From: a virus
Strand: one strand, 5' to 3'
Length of the DNA stretch: 64,000 nt
Virus record (IMG/VR): IMGVR_UViG_3300037504_001229
Coordinates: 1 to 64,000 of that record
The translations under genes were made by a program, and so were the position numbers. Of the stretch, positions 40,009 to 50,233 are shown one piece after another (the first letter of the stretch is position 1; the number at the start of each line of letters is the position of its first letter). The notes beneath the pieces were generated by a model that saw nothing but the letters and a program-made list of their open reading frames with translations, did no database searches and had not been told where the DNA came from.

Positions 40009-40043
40009 AAGGCTCAGTATAAAAAATATACTGAGCCTTTTTT
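40009..40043 (+). terminator. rho-independent terminator
   Basis: AAGGCTCAGTATA / TATACTGAGCCTT plus T-run. Confidence 0.8.
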
Positions 40044-40071
40044 GTTATTTTTAAGTAAGTAGGAGAAGAAA

Positions 40072-40209
40072 ATGTTCGAAGGAAACAAAAACAAAGAAAA
40101 AGAATATGAAGAACTGGAAAGGAACGGTTCTCTTGTCTATGTAGAAGATAGGGATACAGGAGAAAGGGATTGGGTCGATAGTCGTGATGTAGACGGCTGG
40201 AATTGTTGA
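40072..40209 (+). CDS. small protein missing from the ORF track (45 aa)
   Basis: AGGAG RBS; MFEGNKNKEKEYEELERNGSLVYVEDRDTGERDWVDSRDVDGWNC fills the gap. Confidence 0.6.
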   Translation: MFEGNKNKEKEYEELERNGSLVYVEDRDTGERDWVDSRDVDGWNC

Positions 40210-40219
40210 GGAGGTAAAT

Positions 40220-40423
40220 ATGAAAGTTTATGTTGGATATACTGAAATGTACCCTGTTCTATTATGCATAAGGGAAACCCAAATGTACGAAGGAGAAAGT
40301 TCACTTCTTGACATTCCTGATGACTTAGTACATAATTATCAGGAAGCTGAAAAGAACCTTAAATTAGCAAAGAAAAATATTGAAATTTATGCTAAAAATA
40401 AAGGATATAAAATAGAGGGATAA
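40220..40423 (+). CDS. hypothetical protein
   Basis: 67 aa, GAGGAGG RBS. Confidence 0.6.
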   Translation: MKVYVGYTEMYPVLLCIRETQMYEGESSLLDIPDDLVHNYQEAEKNLKLAKKNIEIYAKNKGYKIEG

Positions 40424-40427
40424 GAAA

Positions 40428-40622
40428 ATGAAAAAAGGGACTTTTGAAGATTTTATGTTAGAAATAGATAATCTTTGTATGACTCATATCGGACTATCTA
40501 GTGAAAATTTACAGGATTTTTGTTATAAAGACTTCTACAACGAAGGACTTGATCCTATGGATGTATTCAAAGAAATCATGCTTCCAGAAATGGGTCTAGA
40601 AGACTTGATGTATAGTATATAG
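40428..40622 (+). CDS. hypothetical protein
   Basis: 64 aa, GAGG RBS. Confidence 0.55.
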   Translation: MKKGTFEDFMLEIDNLCMTHIGLSSENLQDFCYKDFYNEGLDPMDVFKEIMLPEMGLEDLMYSI

Positions 40623-40632
40623 GAAGAGATAA

Positions 40633-41439
40633 ATGCAGAAAAAGGAAATGCAGAAGAAATGTGACTACGATTTAATAGCTATTTATCAAAATGGAGACGA
40701 TCAAGAAAAAAAAGATGCTCTCGAAGTTATGTATATGAGATATCAACCTCTTATACGTAAGATAGCTGGAAAATATTGTCAATACACAGGAGTCTCTAAC
40801 TTCGAGGATTTTCAACAGGAAGCTTTCTTTGAGCTTGTACGAGTTTTTGATCAAGCTGATCTTGACAGAATAACTCCTTCTTGGAAAATCGTTTGGGTTT
40901 ATAAACATAGACTTAAAAATCTTATGGGCCTTATGAAAAGACACGAAGACTTACAAACAAGTCATTTGAACTATTATTGTAAAGGAAATAAAAATCAAAG
41001 AGAAGTAAAAAAAGTAAAAGTTAAAAGTAGTCCATATGTACCTTCTTCGGACGAAGATAATAAATACGAATATCAAATTGATTACATTCAACAATGTTAC
41101 GAAGATGATAGAATTTCTAAAGAAGAAAAAGAATACAACCATAACTTAGTTATGAAGTTCATTAGTAAATTAGATAAACCGTGGTTAAGAGAAGCCCTTG
41201 TATTATTAATGAGCGGTAATGTAAAAAAAGGTGAAGCTTGTGAAGCAGTTGAAGTTGCAAACCCAAGATTTCATCAAGTAGTCCACGGAACAAGACAAGT
41301 GCATTTGTTAGATGAAAATGGCAATAAAATTAAAAACGAAAAAGGAAGGCCTCAATCTAAAGTTATTTATGATTATAAACGAAGCCTTAAATATGAATAT
41401 CATAAATTTCTTGAAAGAGATAAGGATGTTATATACTAA
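40633..41439 (+). CDS. sigma70-like RNA polymerase sigma factor
   Basis: Region 2-like ALEVMYMRYQPLIRKIAGKY..FEDFQQEAF; C-terminal HTH-like segment. Confidence 0.7.
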   Translation: MQKKEMQKKCDYDLIAIYQNGDDQEKKDALEVMYMRYQPLIRKIAGKYCQYTGVSNFEDFQQEAFFELVRVFDQADLDRITPSWKIVWVYKHRLKNLMGLMKRHEDLQTSHLNYYCKGNKNQREVKKVKVKSSPYVPSSDEDNKYEYQIDYIQQCYEDDRISKEEKEYNHNLVMKFISKLDKPWLREALVLLMSGNVKKGEACEAVEVANPRFHQVVHGTRQVHLLDENGNKIKNEKGRPQSKVIYDYKRSLKYEYHKFLERDKDVIY

Positions 41440-41460
41440 TAAACTATATAGGAGGAAACT

Positions 41461-42264
41461 ATGAAAATGAAAAAATTTAGTAAAGTATGGTTTATTGTTT
41501 ACTTCCTTCTTTGGCTTTTTATAGATACTGGAGTTTATTATACAAATAAACTAGATGAACAAGAACAAAAATATAGAGAAGCTTTAGAAAATAGAAATAC
41601 TCGAATTGTAAAACTTACTGAAAGAACTAACTCTAGTGAAAAAGAATATAGGGAAACATTAAATCATATTGTTCTTTCCCTTTGTGAGAAAGAAAGGTAT
41701 CAAACAGGCGGAGTAAATATCAACCAAGTTAGGGCAGAGGAAATTGATCATCTTATTGAAGCTATACAAAATCAAACAGAAGACTTTAATCAATACTTGC
41801 AGTATGTAGAAAACTTTTTTAGTACAAGAGCTATTATTAAGGAAAGTATACCATGTATCTTCCCAGTTGAGTATCATGAAAATGTAAGAATAACTTCTCC
41901 TTATGGAGTTAGATATTATCCTTTGACAAACAAGTTACTATTTCATGATGGGATAGATATATCTGGAGATGCAGATACTGAAATTTTATCTACTGCTAAA
42001 GGAAAAGTTTGTGAAGTATGGGCAAGACATCCTATCTACGGAAAAATGGTTAAGATAGATCATGGAAACGGATATATAACAATGTATGCTCATTTAAAAG
42101 GTATTTACTGTTGGTGTAAAAAAGACATTAAGCAAGGAGAAGTGATAGGTGTCATGGGGAGTACAGGCCGATCTTCTGGACGACATCTTCATTATGAAAT
42201 ACAATATAATGGAAAACCTGTTAATCCTATTGATTATCTAAATTCTAACTTTATAAAATTTTAA
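41461..42264 (+). CDS. M23 family peptidase with N-terminal membrane anchor
   Basis: HDGID, YAHL, GRSSGRHLHYE. Confidence 0.92.
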   Translation: MKMKKFSKVWFIVYFLLWLFIDTGVYYTNKLDEQEQKYREALENRNTRIVKLTERTNSSEKEYRETLNHIVLSLCEKERYQTGGVNINQVRAEEIDHLIEAIQNQTEDFNQYLQYVENFFSTRAIIKESIPCIFPVEYHENVRITSPYGVRYYPLTNKLLFHDGIDISGDADTEILSTAKGKVCEVWARHPIYGKMVKIDHGNGYITMYAHLKGIYCWCKKDIKQGEVIGVMGSTGRSSGRHLHYEIQYNGKPVNPIDYLNSNFIKF

Positions 42265-42274
42265 GGAGCTTTTA

Positions 42275-42712
42275 ATGAAGAAAATGATTTTTGTAACTAT
42301 ATTACTATTTATTTCTTCTTTGCTTTTTGCTACTTCTTACTATGACTTTGTAGATCAAAAATGTAAAGAACTGGGGATTCCTACTGATATAGTAATAAGT
42401 ATTATAGAAGTAGAATCTAACTGGAGAAATATAAAAGGAATAACAGGTGATATAGGATTTATGCAACTCAATCCTTTGTATATAAGTTACTATGAACAAA
42501 AGTTTTGGAAATATCAACAATCCTTTGACCCTTGGAATCCTTACCATAATCTAGAAGTAGGGATCAATTATATCTATTGGTTATATTGTTATTTTAAGGA
42601 TTGGGAACTTACAATCAAAGCCTATAATATAGGTATTAACAGAGTAAAAGAAAATAGATTTGTAGGGGAAAGATATTATTTCAAAGTAGTTAGAACTCTA
42701 TCAAGTTTATAA
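42275..42712 (+). CDS. lytic transglycosylase (SLT domain) with signal peptide
   Basis: IEVES, GFMQL, AYNIG. Confidence 0.88.
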   Translation: MKKMIFVTILLFISSLLFATSYYDFVDQKCKELGIPTDIVISIIEVESNWRNIKGITGDIGFMQLNPLYISYYEQKFWKYQQSFDPWNPYHNLEVGINYIYWLYCYFKDWELTIKAYNIGINRVKENRFVGERYYFKVVRTLSSL

Positions 42713-42729
42713 ATTTTTAAAGTTATTCA

Positions 42730-42767
42730 ACCCTACTAATATAATAATAAAAAAGTATTGGTAGGGT
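42730..42767 (+). promoter_or_regulatory. putative late promoter (42734-42743) inside a hairpin occluding the neuB initiation region
   Basis: ACCCTACTAATA pairs with TATTGGTAGGGT (12 bp, one G-U), ending 6 nt before ATG. Confidence 0.65.
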
Positions 42768-42773
42768 ATTTTT

Positions 42774-43619
42774 ATGATTAATGTCATTGGAGAAGTGGGA
42801 ATCAATTATGCTTTTGGAAATAATAAAGATAAATTCATTTCAAATGCTCAAAAACTTATTTCCTTAGCAAGTGTTGCAGGATGTAACTATGTTAAGTTTC
42901 AAAAAAGAAATCCAGATATAGCTGTACCAGATGCTCAAAAAACAAAACCTAAAAAAGTCCCTTGGAGAAAAGAAGAAACCACATACTTACAATATAAAGA
43001 GGATATCGAATTTAGTTTTGAACAATATCAATATATTGTACATTTTTGTCAAGAAAATGAAATAGATAGTTTTGTTTCTGTATGGGATATTGATTCTGCC
43101 CAAGAAATGAGTAAACTTTATACCTTAACTAAAATACCCTCTGCTAAACTAACAGACTGGGAACTGTTAGAAACTGTAAGGGATCTTTATGATGTTAAGA
43201 TACTATCAACTGGAATGTCATTTGAAGAGGAAATAGATAAGGCTGTAGATATTCTTCAACCTCAAATAATAATGCATACAAATTCAGTTTATCCTACTCC
43301 AATAGAAGACTTATATTTAAAGTACATTAAGTGGTTAAAAGAAAAATATCCTAAAAAAGAAATAGGGTATAGTTCACATTACTATGGAATAAAAGATGTA
43401 TTTCCTGCAGTAGCATTAGATATTCAATGGATAGAAAAACATATTACTCTTAACCATGAGAACTGGGGTAGTGATCAAAAAGCTTCGGTAGAACCTCATG
43501 GATTATTCGAACTTGTAAAAGGAATAAGAGATATTGAACTAGGGCTTGCTAAAGGATATGAAAAAAGAACTTTATATCCTGGAGAAGAAATAAAAAGAGA
43601 AAGTTTAAGAGGAAAATAG
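42774..43619 (+). CDS. neuB: NeuB-family nonulosonate synthase (short form, no AFP-like domain)
   Basis: GEVGIN, VKFQKR, KIPSA, LSTGMS, HTNSVYP, GYSSH, IEKHITL..WGSDQKAS. Confidence 0.9.
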   Translation: MINVIGEVGINYAFGNNKDKFISNAQKLISLASVAGCNYVKFQKRNPDIAVPDAQKTKPKKVPWRKEETTYLQYKEDIEFSFEQYQYIVHFCQENEIDSFVSVWDIDSAQEMSKLYTLTKIPSAKLTDWELLETVRDLYDVKILSTGMSFEEEIDKAVDILQPQIIMHTNSVYPTPIEDLYLKYIKWLKEKYPKKEIGYSSHYYGIKDVFPAVALDIQWIEKHITLNHENWGSDQKASVEPHGLFELVKGIRDIELGLAKGYEKRTLYPGEEIKRESLRGK

Positions 43620-43620
43620 G

Positions 43621-43872
43621 ATGTGGAAAGAATATCGTAAGAAACCAGTAGTTATTAAAGCAATACAATGGACAGGAGAAAACTTAGAGGAAGTGAAAGA
43701 ACTATGTGAATTTCATAGTCATCTATCTTATGAGTCTAGTGATACTTTAGTCATAAAAACTCTAGAAGGTGATATGAAATGTCAAAAAAGGGACTATATA
43801 ATAATAGGAGTGAACGGAGAATATTATCCTTGTAAACCAGATATATTTGAAAAAACATATGAGGAAGTATAA
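43621..43872 (+). CDS. conserved phage protein
   Basis: YRKKPVVIKAIQW..TLEG..YPCKPDIFEKTYE. Confidence 0.75.
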   Translation: MWKEYRKKPVVIKAIQWTGENLEEVKELCEFHSHLSYESSDTLVIKTLEGDMKCQKRDYIIIGVNGEYYPCKPDIFEKTYEEV

Positions 43873-44649
43873 GTGAAGATTATTTTATGCTCAATGATCG
43901 ATGATTTTTTTATGGTTGGATTTGAAGTTTTTATGAAGTCACTTCTTAAAACTAATCCTTGGTTTGATCTACCTTTTCGTTTAATAGATGTAGGACTTAA
44001 TAAAAAGAATAAAGAAAAATGTTTAGAAATATATTCTAACATTGAGTTTGTTAAACCTAAAAAGGAAAACTATAAAAAAATAAGTTTTGAAAAAACTCAT
44101 GAAATACTTTGGAATACTTATTATAAGTTAGATATTTTTTCATATGATGATGTAGATAGACTTGTATTTCTTGATTTAGATATGATAGTATTAGAGGATA
44201 TTAAAAAACTGTTTGAGTTTACTGTTACTATAGGAGGGTGTAAAGGATATTCTCAAGGTAATGATAGTTTAAGAAAAGATATGAATACTGGATGTATTGT
44301 TCTTAATAAACCAGTTTTGAATAATAGTATCTATAAAAACATACTAGATTATACAGCTAAAGCAGGTGGATTTAGTATGCCAGATCAAAAAGCAATAGGT
44401 CAGTTTTTTAAAAATAAAATAGCATTTATTCCAAAGGAGTTTGATTGTGAAAAAAGACTTTGGAAGGGAGATAAGTTTAAACTTTTTTTTAATGATAAAA
44501 ATGAACTAATGTATAAAGAAGGGAAGAAGATTTCTAAGTGTAAGATTCTTCACTATGTGAGCGAGAAGCCATGGCAAGAGAAAAAGGATAAAATAAACTT
44601 TGGGTATGAAGAACTTGAAAAACTCTGGTGGAATGTAAAGAATGAGTAG
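43873..44649 (+). CDS. glycosyltransferase family 8
   Basis: YYKL, FLDLD, NTG, DQ, HYV..KPW. Confidence 0.85.
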   Translation: MKIILCSMIDDFFMVGFEVFMKSLLKTNPWFDLPFRLIDVGLNKKNKEKCLEIYSNIEFVKPKKENYKKISFEKTHEILWNTYYKLDIFSYDDVDRLVFLDLDMIVLEDIKKLFEFTVTIGGCKGYSQGNDSLRKDMNTGCIVLNKPVLNNSIYKNILDYTAKAGGFSMPDQKAIGQFFKNKIAFIPKEFDCEKRLWKGDKFKLFFNDKNELMYKEGKKISKCKILHYVSEKPWQEKKDKINFGYEELEKLWWNVKNE

Positions 44650-44986
44650 AGAATTATTATTTTCTGTTACAAAAAAAGATTTAGAAATTACTTGGTTTTC
44701 AGGAAAAGGAGCAGGTGGTCAACATAGAAATAAACATCAAAACTGTTGCAGAATTAAACATCCGGAAAGTGGAGTTATTGTAACTGGACAGGAAGAAAAA
44801 AGTAGAGATAAAAACTTAAGAAATGCTTTTAAAAGACTAACTGAAAATAAAAAATTTAAAACTTGGTTAAAAATAAAAACTTCTGAGCTAATGAATGATT
44901 CATATAGTATTGAGGAACAAGTTAATAACGCTATGAGAGAAGAAAATTTAAAGGTGGAATATGGAAAAGATATCGATTCGCAATAG
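44642..44986 (+). CDS. peptide chain release factor-like (ArfB-type GGQ domain)
   Basis: GKGAGGQHRNK..RIKHPESG..SR..N. Confidence 0.88.
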   Translation: MSRELLFSVTKKDLEITWFSGKGAGGQHRNKHQNCCRIKHPESGVIVTGQEEKSRDKNLRNAFKRLTENKKFKTWLKIKTSELMNDSYSIEEQVNNAMREENLKVEYGKDIDSQ

Positions 44987-45506
44987 TAAAAATGCAAAAA
45001 TCGGCCTCAAACAGATGATTGAATATGTAAAAAAGAACTCAGATTTTCCTATAGAAAAAGTAGTCGAAATAGGATCTTATGTAGGAGATTCTTCAGAAAT
45101 ATTTGCTCAACATTTTAATCAAGTTATTTGTATCGATCCATTCATTAATGGATATGATAAAAATGATGCTGCTTCTTATCAATATCGTATGAGAATAATA
45201 GAAAATCAGTTTGACGAATTGTGTAGTAGATATAGTAATATAAGAAAACTTAAAATGAAATCGAATGAGGCAGTTAATCTTTTTGAAGATAAGTCTATAG
45301 CTATAGCTTATATAGATGCAATTCATACACGTGAGGGGGTCAAAAATGATATTAAACTTTGGCTACCAAAAATTAAAAAAGGTGGGTTTATAACTGGACA
45401 CGACTATCAAGGAAAATTTCCTGGAGTTATTAAAGCAGTAAACGAATTACTAGGCGAACCTGATAAAATATTTCCTGATACAAGTTGGGTAAAAAAGGTT
45501 AAGTAA
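44961..45506 (+). CDS. class I SAM-dependent methyltransferase (Methyltransf_24-like)
   Basis: VEIGSYVGDS, YIDAIH, GHDY. Confidence 0.85.
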   Translation: MEKISIRNSKNAKIGLKQMIEYVKKNSDFPIEKVVEIGSYVGDSSEIFAQHFNQVICIDPFINGYDKNDAASYQYRMRIIENQFDELCSRYSNIRKLKMKSNEAVNLFEDKSIAIAYIDAIHTREGVKNDIKLWLPKIKKGGFITGHDYQGKFPGVIKAVNELLGEPDKIFPDTSWVKKVK

Positions 45507-46276
45507 TGGATATTGAAGAAAAATATAAGAATCTTATCGAAGGTAAAAAAGTTATATTTGTTGGACCAGCCCCTACTCTAAAAGATCAAAATAAAGGTAG
45601 ATGGATAGATGAAGAATTTGATTTAGTTGTAAGAACTAATGGAGCTTCTCTTTTACTTAAAAATAAAGAGTTTAAAAAAGATTATGGCTCTAAAATGGAT
45701 ATTCTATATTGTAATGTTCAGTTCCATAGAGAGATGAGACCTTTACCCTTAGAAAGATGGAAAATAGATCATGGATTACAATTTGTTAACTTTAAAGTAT
45801 TGAAAGAATCCTATGAGAAAATTTATTCTAAGGCTGTACCTGTAAGGGGAATAAGTACTCTTATAAAGAAACTACAACATACTGTTCCTAGTGTTTTAAT
45901 GGGCCCTATTATATTAAAAGATATTTTACAATTTAATCCTGAAAGACTATATTTTACGGGAATGGATTTTTATATAGATAAACCCGATATGTTTATTCCA
46001 GGAGATTATAGAGAATATTATCCAGGATATCTTCCTAAAAAAATAGTTAAAAAAGCAGATGTCGATAACATAGGAAAAATAGATAATCATGAACAATATG
46101 AAAACTGTAGAATAGTTTATAACCTTTACAAAAATGGAGAAGTAGAAACTGATAAACAAATAGTAAAAATAATGGAAACTATTATATCTGATCCTCTCTA
46201 TTATTCAGTAAAAGGGAGAAGAAAAAGAATTAAAGATGCTAACTTGAAAAAACAACTTAAGAGGACAGTGATTTGA
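45506..46276 (+). CDS. GT29-like sialyltransferase
   Basis: Sialylmotif-L-like VIFVGPAPTL..ID..DLVVRTN..DYGSKMD; TGMDFY. Confidence 0.65.
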   Translation: MDIEEKYKNLIEGKKVIFVGPAPTLKDQNKGRWIDEEFDLVVRTNGASLLLKNKEFKKDYGSKMDILYCNVQFHREMRPLPLERWKIDHGLQFVNFKVLKESYEKIYSKAVPVRGISTLIKKLQHTVPSVLMGPIILKDILQFNPERLYFTGMDFYIDKPDMFIPGDYREYYPGYLPKKIVKKADVDNIGKIDNHEQYENCRIVYNLYKNGEVETDKQIVKIMETIISDPLYYSVKGRRKRIKDANLKKQLKRTVI

Positions 46277-46971
46277 AAGTAAAAAATAAAAATAAGCCAA
46301 AGGAAGAACTTAAAAGTATTTTACAAATTCCTAAAGATCCAACTCCTGTTATTTTAATAGGGTGCGGAGAAAGTATTGATAATTTAAATTTAGGAGCTTT
46401 GAATAGACAAGAAAAATACAATACTTGTACTATTTCTGATGCTATTAAAGTTTTAAAACAACCAACATATGCTTTTCAATATCATTGGAGAGGTGCTTGG
46501 CGGTGTCATCAAGAATTAGATAAAGCAAAATATCTTATAACTACATATAAGGTTTTAAATGATTTTAAAAGAGTAGGGAAAGAGGAATGGTATAATATAA
46601 TTAAGGAGCAAGAAAATGCTTATTTTTTTCAATCTAACCATGTAAAATGGGATGTAATAAGAGAAGGTAAATTTGATTTACAAATATCAGAACCGAAGCT
46701 TCAAAATCACGAAGGATCAGTAGTAGGAGTTATACATTTTCTATGTGGGTATTTAGGAGTTAGAAATATTAAATACATAGGATTTGACGGAGGAGTTAAT
46801 CCAGGAAAAACTAGTTATGGATCTAAAGTACATCATGGAAGAAAGCCTTCTAAAATACAAGGAGCAGCTAAAGATTATGAAAAAAGTTGGCAAGCTGTTC
46901 TTAAAATGCTCGAATATTATCCTCATGTTATGTTTAAGCCTTTAGACGAATTTTTAAGAAAGGGAAAATAA
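46273..46971 (+). CDS. Maf/GT29-fold putative nonulosonate transferase
   Basis: VILIGCGESI...GSV..IHFL..LG...YIGFDG. Confidence 0.5.
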   Translation: MKVKNKNKPKEELKSILQIPKDPTPVILIGCGESIDNLNLGALNRQEKYNTCTISDAIKVLKQPTYAFQYHWRGAWRCHQELDKAKYLITTYKVLNDFKRVGKEEWYNIIKEQENAYFFQSNHVKWDVIREGKFDLQISEPKLQNHEGSVVGVIHFLCGYLGVRNIKYIGFDGGVNPGKTSYGSKVHHGRKPSKIQGAAKDYEKSWQAVLKMLEYYPHVMFKPLDEFLRKGK

Positions 46972-46975
46972 ATTT

Positions 46976-48013
46976 ATGAAAGCTCTTCACTTAGCTATCT
47001 TCGATAGAAATATTGGAGACAATGCTCTTAACTATGTAATAGACAACATGTTCAAAGATAAGTTTGATACTTATAAGACATATAATATATATAAGAAAAC
47101 TTTAATAGATAAAAATACTATTGATTACTTAAATAGTTTTGATGTCTTAATTATAGGAGGAGGTGGTTTATTATCTTCTCATGTACCGGGGAAGAAAATA
47201 ACAAAGTGGGGTACTGCAATAAGAATACCTTTAGATAAAGTTAAAAGTAAAAAAGTCTTTTATTCCTTGGGTTATAATAACTTTTATCCTGACATAGCCC
47301 CTGCTGGGAAGTTAGTAAATCAGCTAGATTATATTATTAATGATAAGAACTCTTATATAAGTCTAAGAAATGACGGGTCAAAAGAAAGGCTACAAGATTA
47401 TATAGATAGTAACAAAATAAGAACAATACCTGATGCCGGGACTTTTTTCAATATTAAAAAAGAATTTCCTGAGTATATACTTATAAATATTGCTATGGAT
47501 TCAATACCTGTTCGATATGGGAGTATAGAAAAACCTTTAAAAATTCTAGAGAAGGTTTTGAAACCATACGAAAAAGAAAAAATTATGTTTGCTTTCCATA
47601 CTCCCGACGATGTTAGAATAACAAAAGTAGATTATTTTAAAATATTACAAAATAAATTTAATATAAGTATTTATCCTTTTGATAATAATTATAAGAATAC
47701 AATTACTTCTTGGGCAGTATATTCTAAAGCTAAATTTGTTATAGGCACAAGAGGACATTCACAGATTTTATGTGCTGGGAATTCTATCCCTTGTTTTTCT
47801 ATCGATTCTCATCCTAAAATTAGAGATTATGCAAGATTAAATAACTTGGGATCCTTTTGCTCTAATATAGACGATAAAGATATTTTTAAGAAATTTGCCT
47901 ATTTTACTGAGAATATAGAAGAGTATTTAAAGAAGTGTTTGAAGTTAAAAACTATCTGGGATGAACAAATATGTAATTATAATAAGGAACTATTGAATGA
48001 ACTTTATAATTAA
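46976..48013 (+). CDS. polysaccharide pyruvyl transferase family
   Basis: NIGD, IGGGGL, SLRN, PD, RGHS. Confidence 0.8.
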   Translation: MKALHLAIFDRNIGDNALNYVIDNMFKDKFDTYKTYNIYKKTLIDKNTIDYLNSFDVLIIGGGGLLSSHVPGKKITKWGTAIRIPLDKVKSKKVFYSLGYNNFYPDIAPAGKLVNQLDYIINDKNSYISLRNDGSKERLQDYIDSNKIRTIPDAGTFFNIKKEFPEYILINIAMDSIPVRYGSIEKPLKILEKVLKPYEKEKIMFAFHTPDDVRITKVDYFKILQNKFNISIYPFDNNYKNTITSWAVYSKAKFVIGTRGHSQILCAGNSIPCFSIDSHPKIRDYARLNNLGSFCSNIDDKDIFKKFAYFTENIEEYLKKCLKLKTIWDEQICNYNKELLNELYN

Positions 48014-48938
48014 AAATGAGTATGTAATGAATAAATATGATGTCTATTTTTCTTTACTTAAAAATGATAAAGAAATATTTGTATTTCATAGAAGTGATGT
48101 TGTAGGCAAAAAAGCAAAAACAAATAAACTGACTATAAAAGATAATAAAATAGTTAGTAAGGAAATTGTATTAAAAGAACCTTGTTTATCTCATAACTTT
48201 AGCATTCCTCCAGATTTCAACTTTGCCATAGCAGGTTTAGAATTTCCCAAATTTAAAAAATCTAAATACAATAATAGATTATATACTATAGACTTTAAAA
48301 CTTTTGATATTAAAGAAGAACTTCCTATACATGTAGATATGGAGAACTTTGTTAAACCTAAACTTGAAAATAAAAATGAAAAAATTATTATGAGTAACTT
48401 CGATAGTATGATTTCTTTACTTAAATATCAAGATACTTATTATCTTTATACAAGAGCTAATGTCAAACAGGGCGTTAGAAATCTTCAATACTTTACTTCT
48501 AGTGATTTTAAAACTTGGGAAGCGAAGGGATTAGTTAAATTTAATCATCACATTACTTCAAATGATAGTTATTATAGCCCTTACTTTTTTAAACATCCTA
48601 CTAGAGATTTATATATAGGGTGGTTAACATTTTTAGAAAAGAAAAGTAGATATAGTAGTATTAGAGTATATATATCTAGAGATTGTGAAACTTGGGAATA
48701 TAAAAATGAGATTTTTAATGATAGAAGAGCTAACTTTTTAGTTAAAAGTAAAGATGTAGGTAAGATACCAGCAAACTTAAAGTCTTATTACTTTCCTGTT
48801 TACGGTTATTGGGTAGAAGATAACAAATTTAACTTTATGATTCATCATAATTATTTTGGTTTAATAAAATCAGAAGATGTTAAAATAGTTCATTATCAAA
48901 TTAAATTAGAGGAACTCGATGAAATGCTTAATTTGTAA
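47997..48938 (+). CDS. beta-propeller glycoside hydrolase-like protein with Asp-box repeats
   Basis: TSSDFKTW and ISRDCETW; FDS and LYTRAN. Confidence 0.5.
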   Translation: MNFIIKNEYVMNKYDVYFSLLKNDKEIFVFHRSDVVGKKAKTNKLTIKDNKIVSKEIVLKEPCLSHNFSIPPDFNFAIAGLEFPKFKKSKYNNRLYTIDFKTFDIKEELPIHVDMENFVKPKLENKNEKIIMSNFDSMISLLKYQDTYYLYTRANVKQGVRNLQYFTSSDFKTWEAKGLVKFNHHITSNDSYYSPYFFKHPTRDLYIGWLTFLEKKSRYSSIRVYISRDCETWEYKNEIFNDRRANFLVKSKDVGKIPANLKSYYFPVYGYWVEDNKFNFMIHHNYFGLIKSEDVKIVHYQIKLEELDEMLNL

Positions 48939-49611
48939 TAGCAAAAACATACAGAAAAGTAAAAATATAGTTAGATGTTTATCTTGCGGACATCAATACA
49001 AAGAAATTCAGGAAGCTAAAAATATAGAATTTCAAAGTAAGTATCATCTTAGGTCTAGATGCCGAACTTTAACTTTAGTAAATAACCAAGTACCTAAAAC
49101 TTTTCATAATGAAAGATATGGAATATGTAAAAGTAGAGTAAATAAAATAAAAGGAATATTAAAAGAGGAATATACTTTACTTGATGTAGGAGGCAGTTGT
49201 GGAACTTTTGGAGTTCATATAAAACCTTATGTCAAAGAGATAGAAATAACAGATTTAGCTAACTATCAAAAAAAGGAAAGTGAAAGACTTGGGTTTAAGT
49301 TTTATCAAGGAAATTTTTTAACTCTTAATATTGATAAAAAATATGATATTGTTACAGCCTGGCATGTACTAGAACATATAAATGATGTAAATAAATTTAT
49401 TGAAAAATGCAAAAGTTTAAGTAAAAAATACATTGTTATAGAAGTTCCTACCGAGCGAAAAATTCAACAAAATATAGAAAGTGACGGACATATTCATTAT
49501 TTTACTTCTTCCTCTTTTAAAGTTTTACTTGATAAATTTTTTAAAACATATACTTTGCAAAAAGGAGTTCAAAAACCAGCTTTACTAGCTATTATAAAGA
49601 AGGGTATTTAA
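48919..49611 (+). CDS. class I SAM methyltransferase with N-terminal zinc ribbon
   Basis: CLIC..CLSCG, LDVGGSCG, HVLEH, IEVP. Confidence 0.85.
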   Translation: MKCLICNSKNIQKSKNIVRCLSCGHQYKEIQEAKNIEFQSKYHLRSRCRTLTLVNNQVPKTFHNERYGICKSRVNKIKGILKEEYTLLDVGGSCGTFGVHIKPYVKEIEITDLANYQKKESERLGFKFYQGNFLTLNIDKKYDIVTAWHVLEHINDVNKFIEKCKSLSKKYIVIEVPTERKIQQNIESDGHIHYFTSSSFKVLLDKFFKTYTLQKGVQKPALLAIIKKGI

Positions 49612-49612
49612 A

Positions 49613-50233
49613 ATGGCTATAATGAGAGAATATAAAGTATTTTTTATCCATATTCCGAGAACAGGAGGACATACTATAGATGCTCTTTTTGGACATAGAA
49701 GAAACAAACAAAAAGATAGAGTAAAAAGACATGCATATCCAAAAGATTATAAAAATATATTTCCAAAGGAGTGGAAAGAATATTTTAAATTTACTTTTGT
49801 AAGAAATCCTTGGGATAGAGTAGTATCAGCTTGGACAAGATCTAGAGGTTCTAGGAATTATTTAGTCGAGGATAAAAAAAATATACATGATGATAAGTGG
49901 TTTTCTCAAAATATTCGAAATTCTTTTAATGCATTTATAGAAAATGAACTTAATAATGTTTTAGTTTCTGGGCACTTTATTCCCCAAAGTAAATGGCTTT
50001 TAAAAAGTAATAAAAAACCTTATAAATATAACTTTATAGGTAGATTCGAATACTTTGAAAGAGATCTTGGTATTCTCTTAGATAATTTAGATATAGACTA
50101 TTCTCAAATACCTGTTATGAATGTTTCGAATAAAAGACCGTATATAGAATACTACAATAATAAAACACTAAAAATAGTGAAAGAACTTTATAAAGAAGAG
50201 ATAGAATATTTAGGATATGAGTATGGAGAATAA
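49613..50233 (+). CDS. sulfotransferase family 2
   Basis: PAPS motifs FIHIPRTGG and FVRNPWDRVVS, HFIPQ. Confidence 0.88.
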   Translation: MAIMREYKVFFIHIPRTGGHTIDALFGHRRNKQKDRVKRHAYPKDYKNIFPKEWKEYFKFTFVRNPWDRVVSAWTRSRGSRNYLVEDKKNIHDDKWFSQNIRNSFNAFIENELNNVLVSGHFIPQSKWLLKSNKKPYKYNFIGRFEYFERDLGILLDNLDIDYSQIPVMNVSNKRPYIEYYNNKTLKIVKELYKEEIEYLGYEYGE

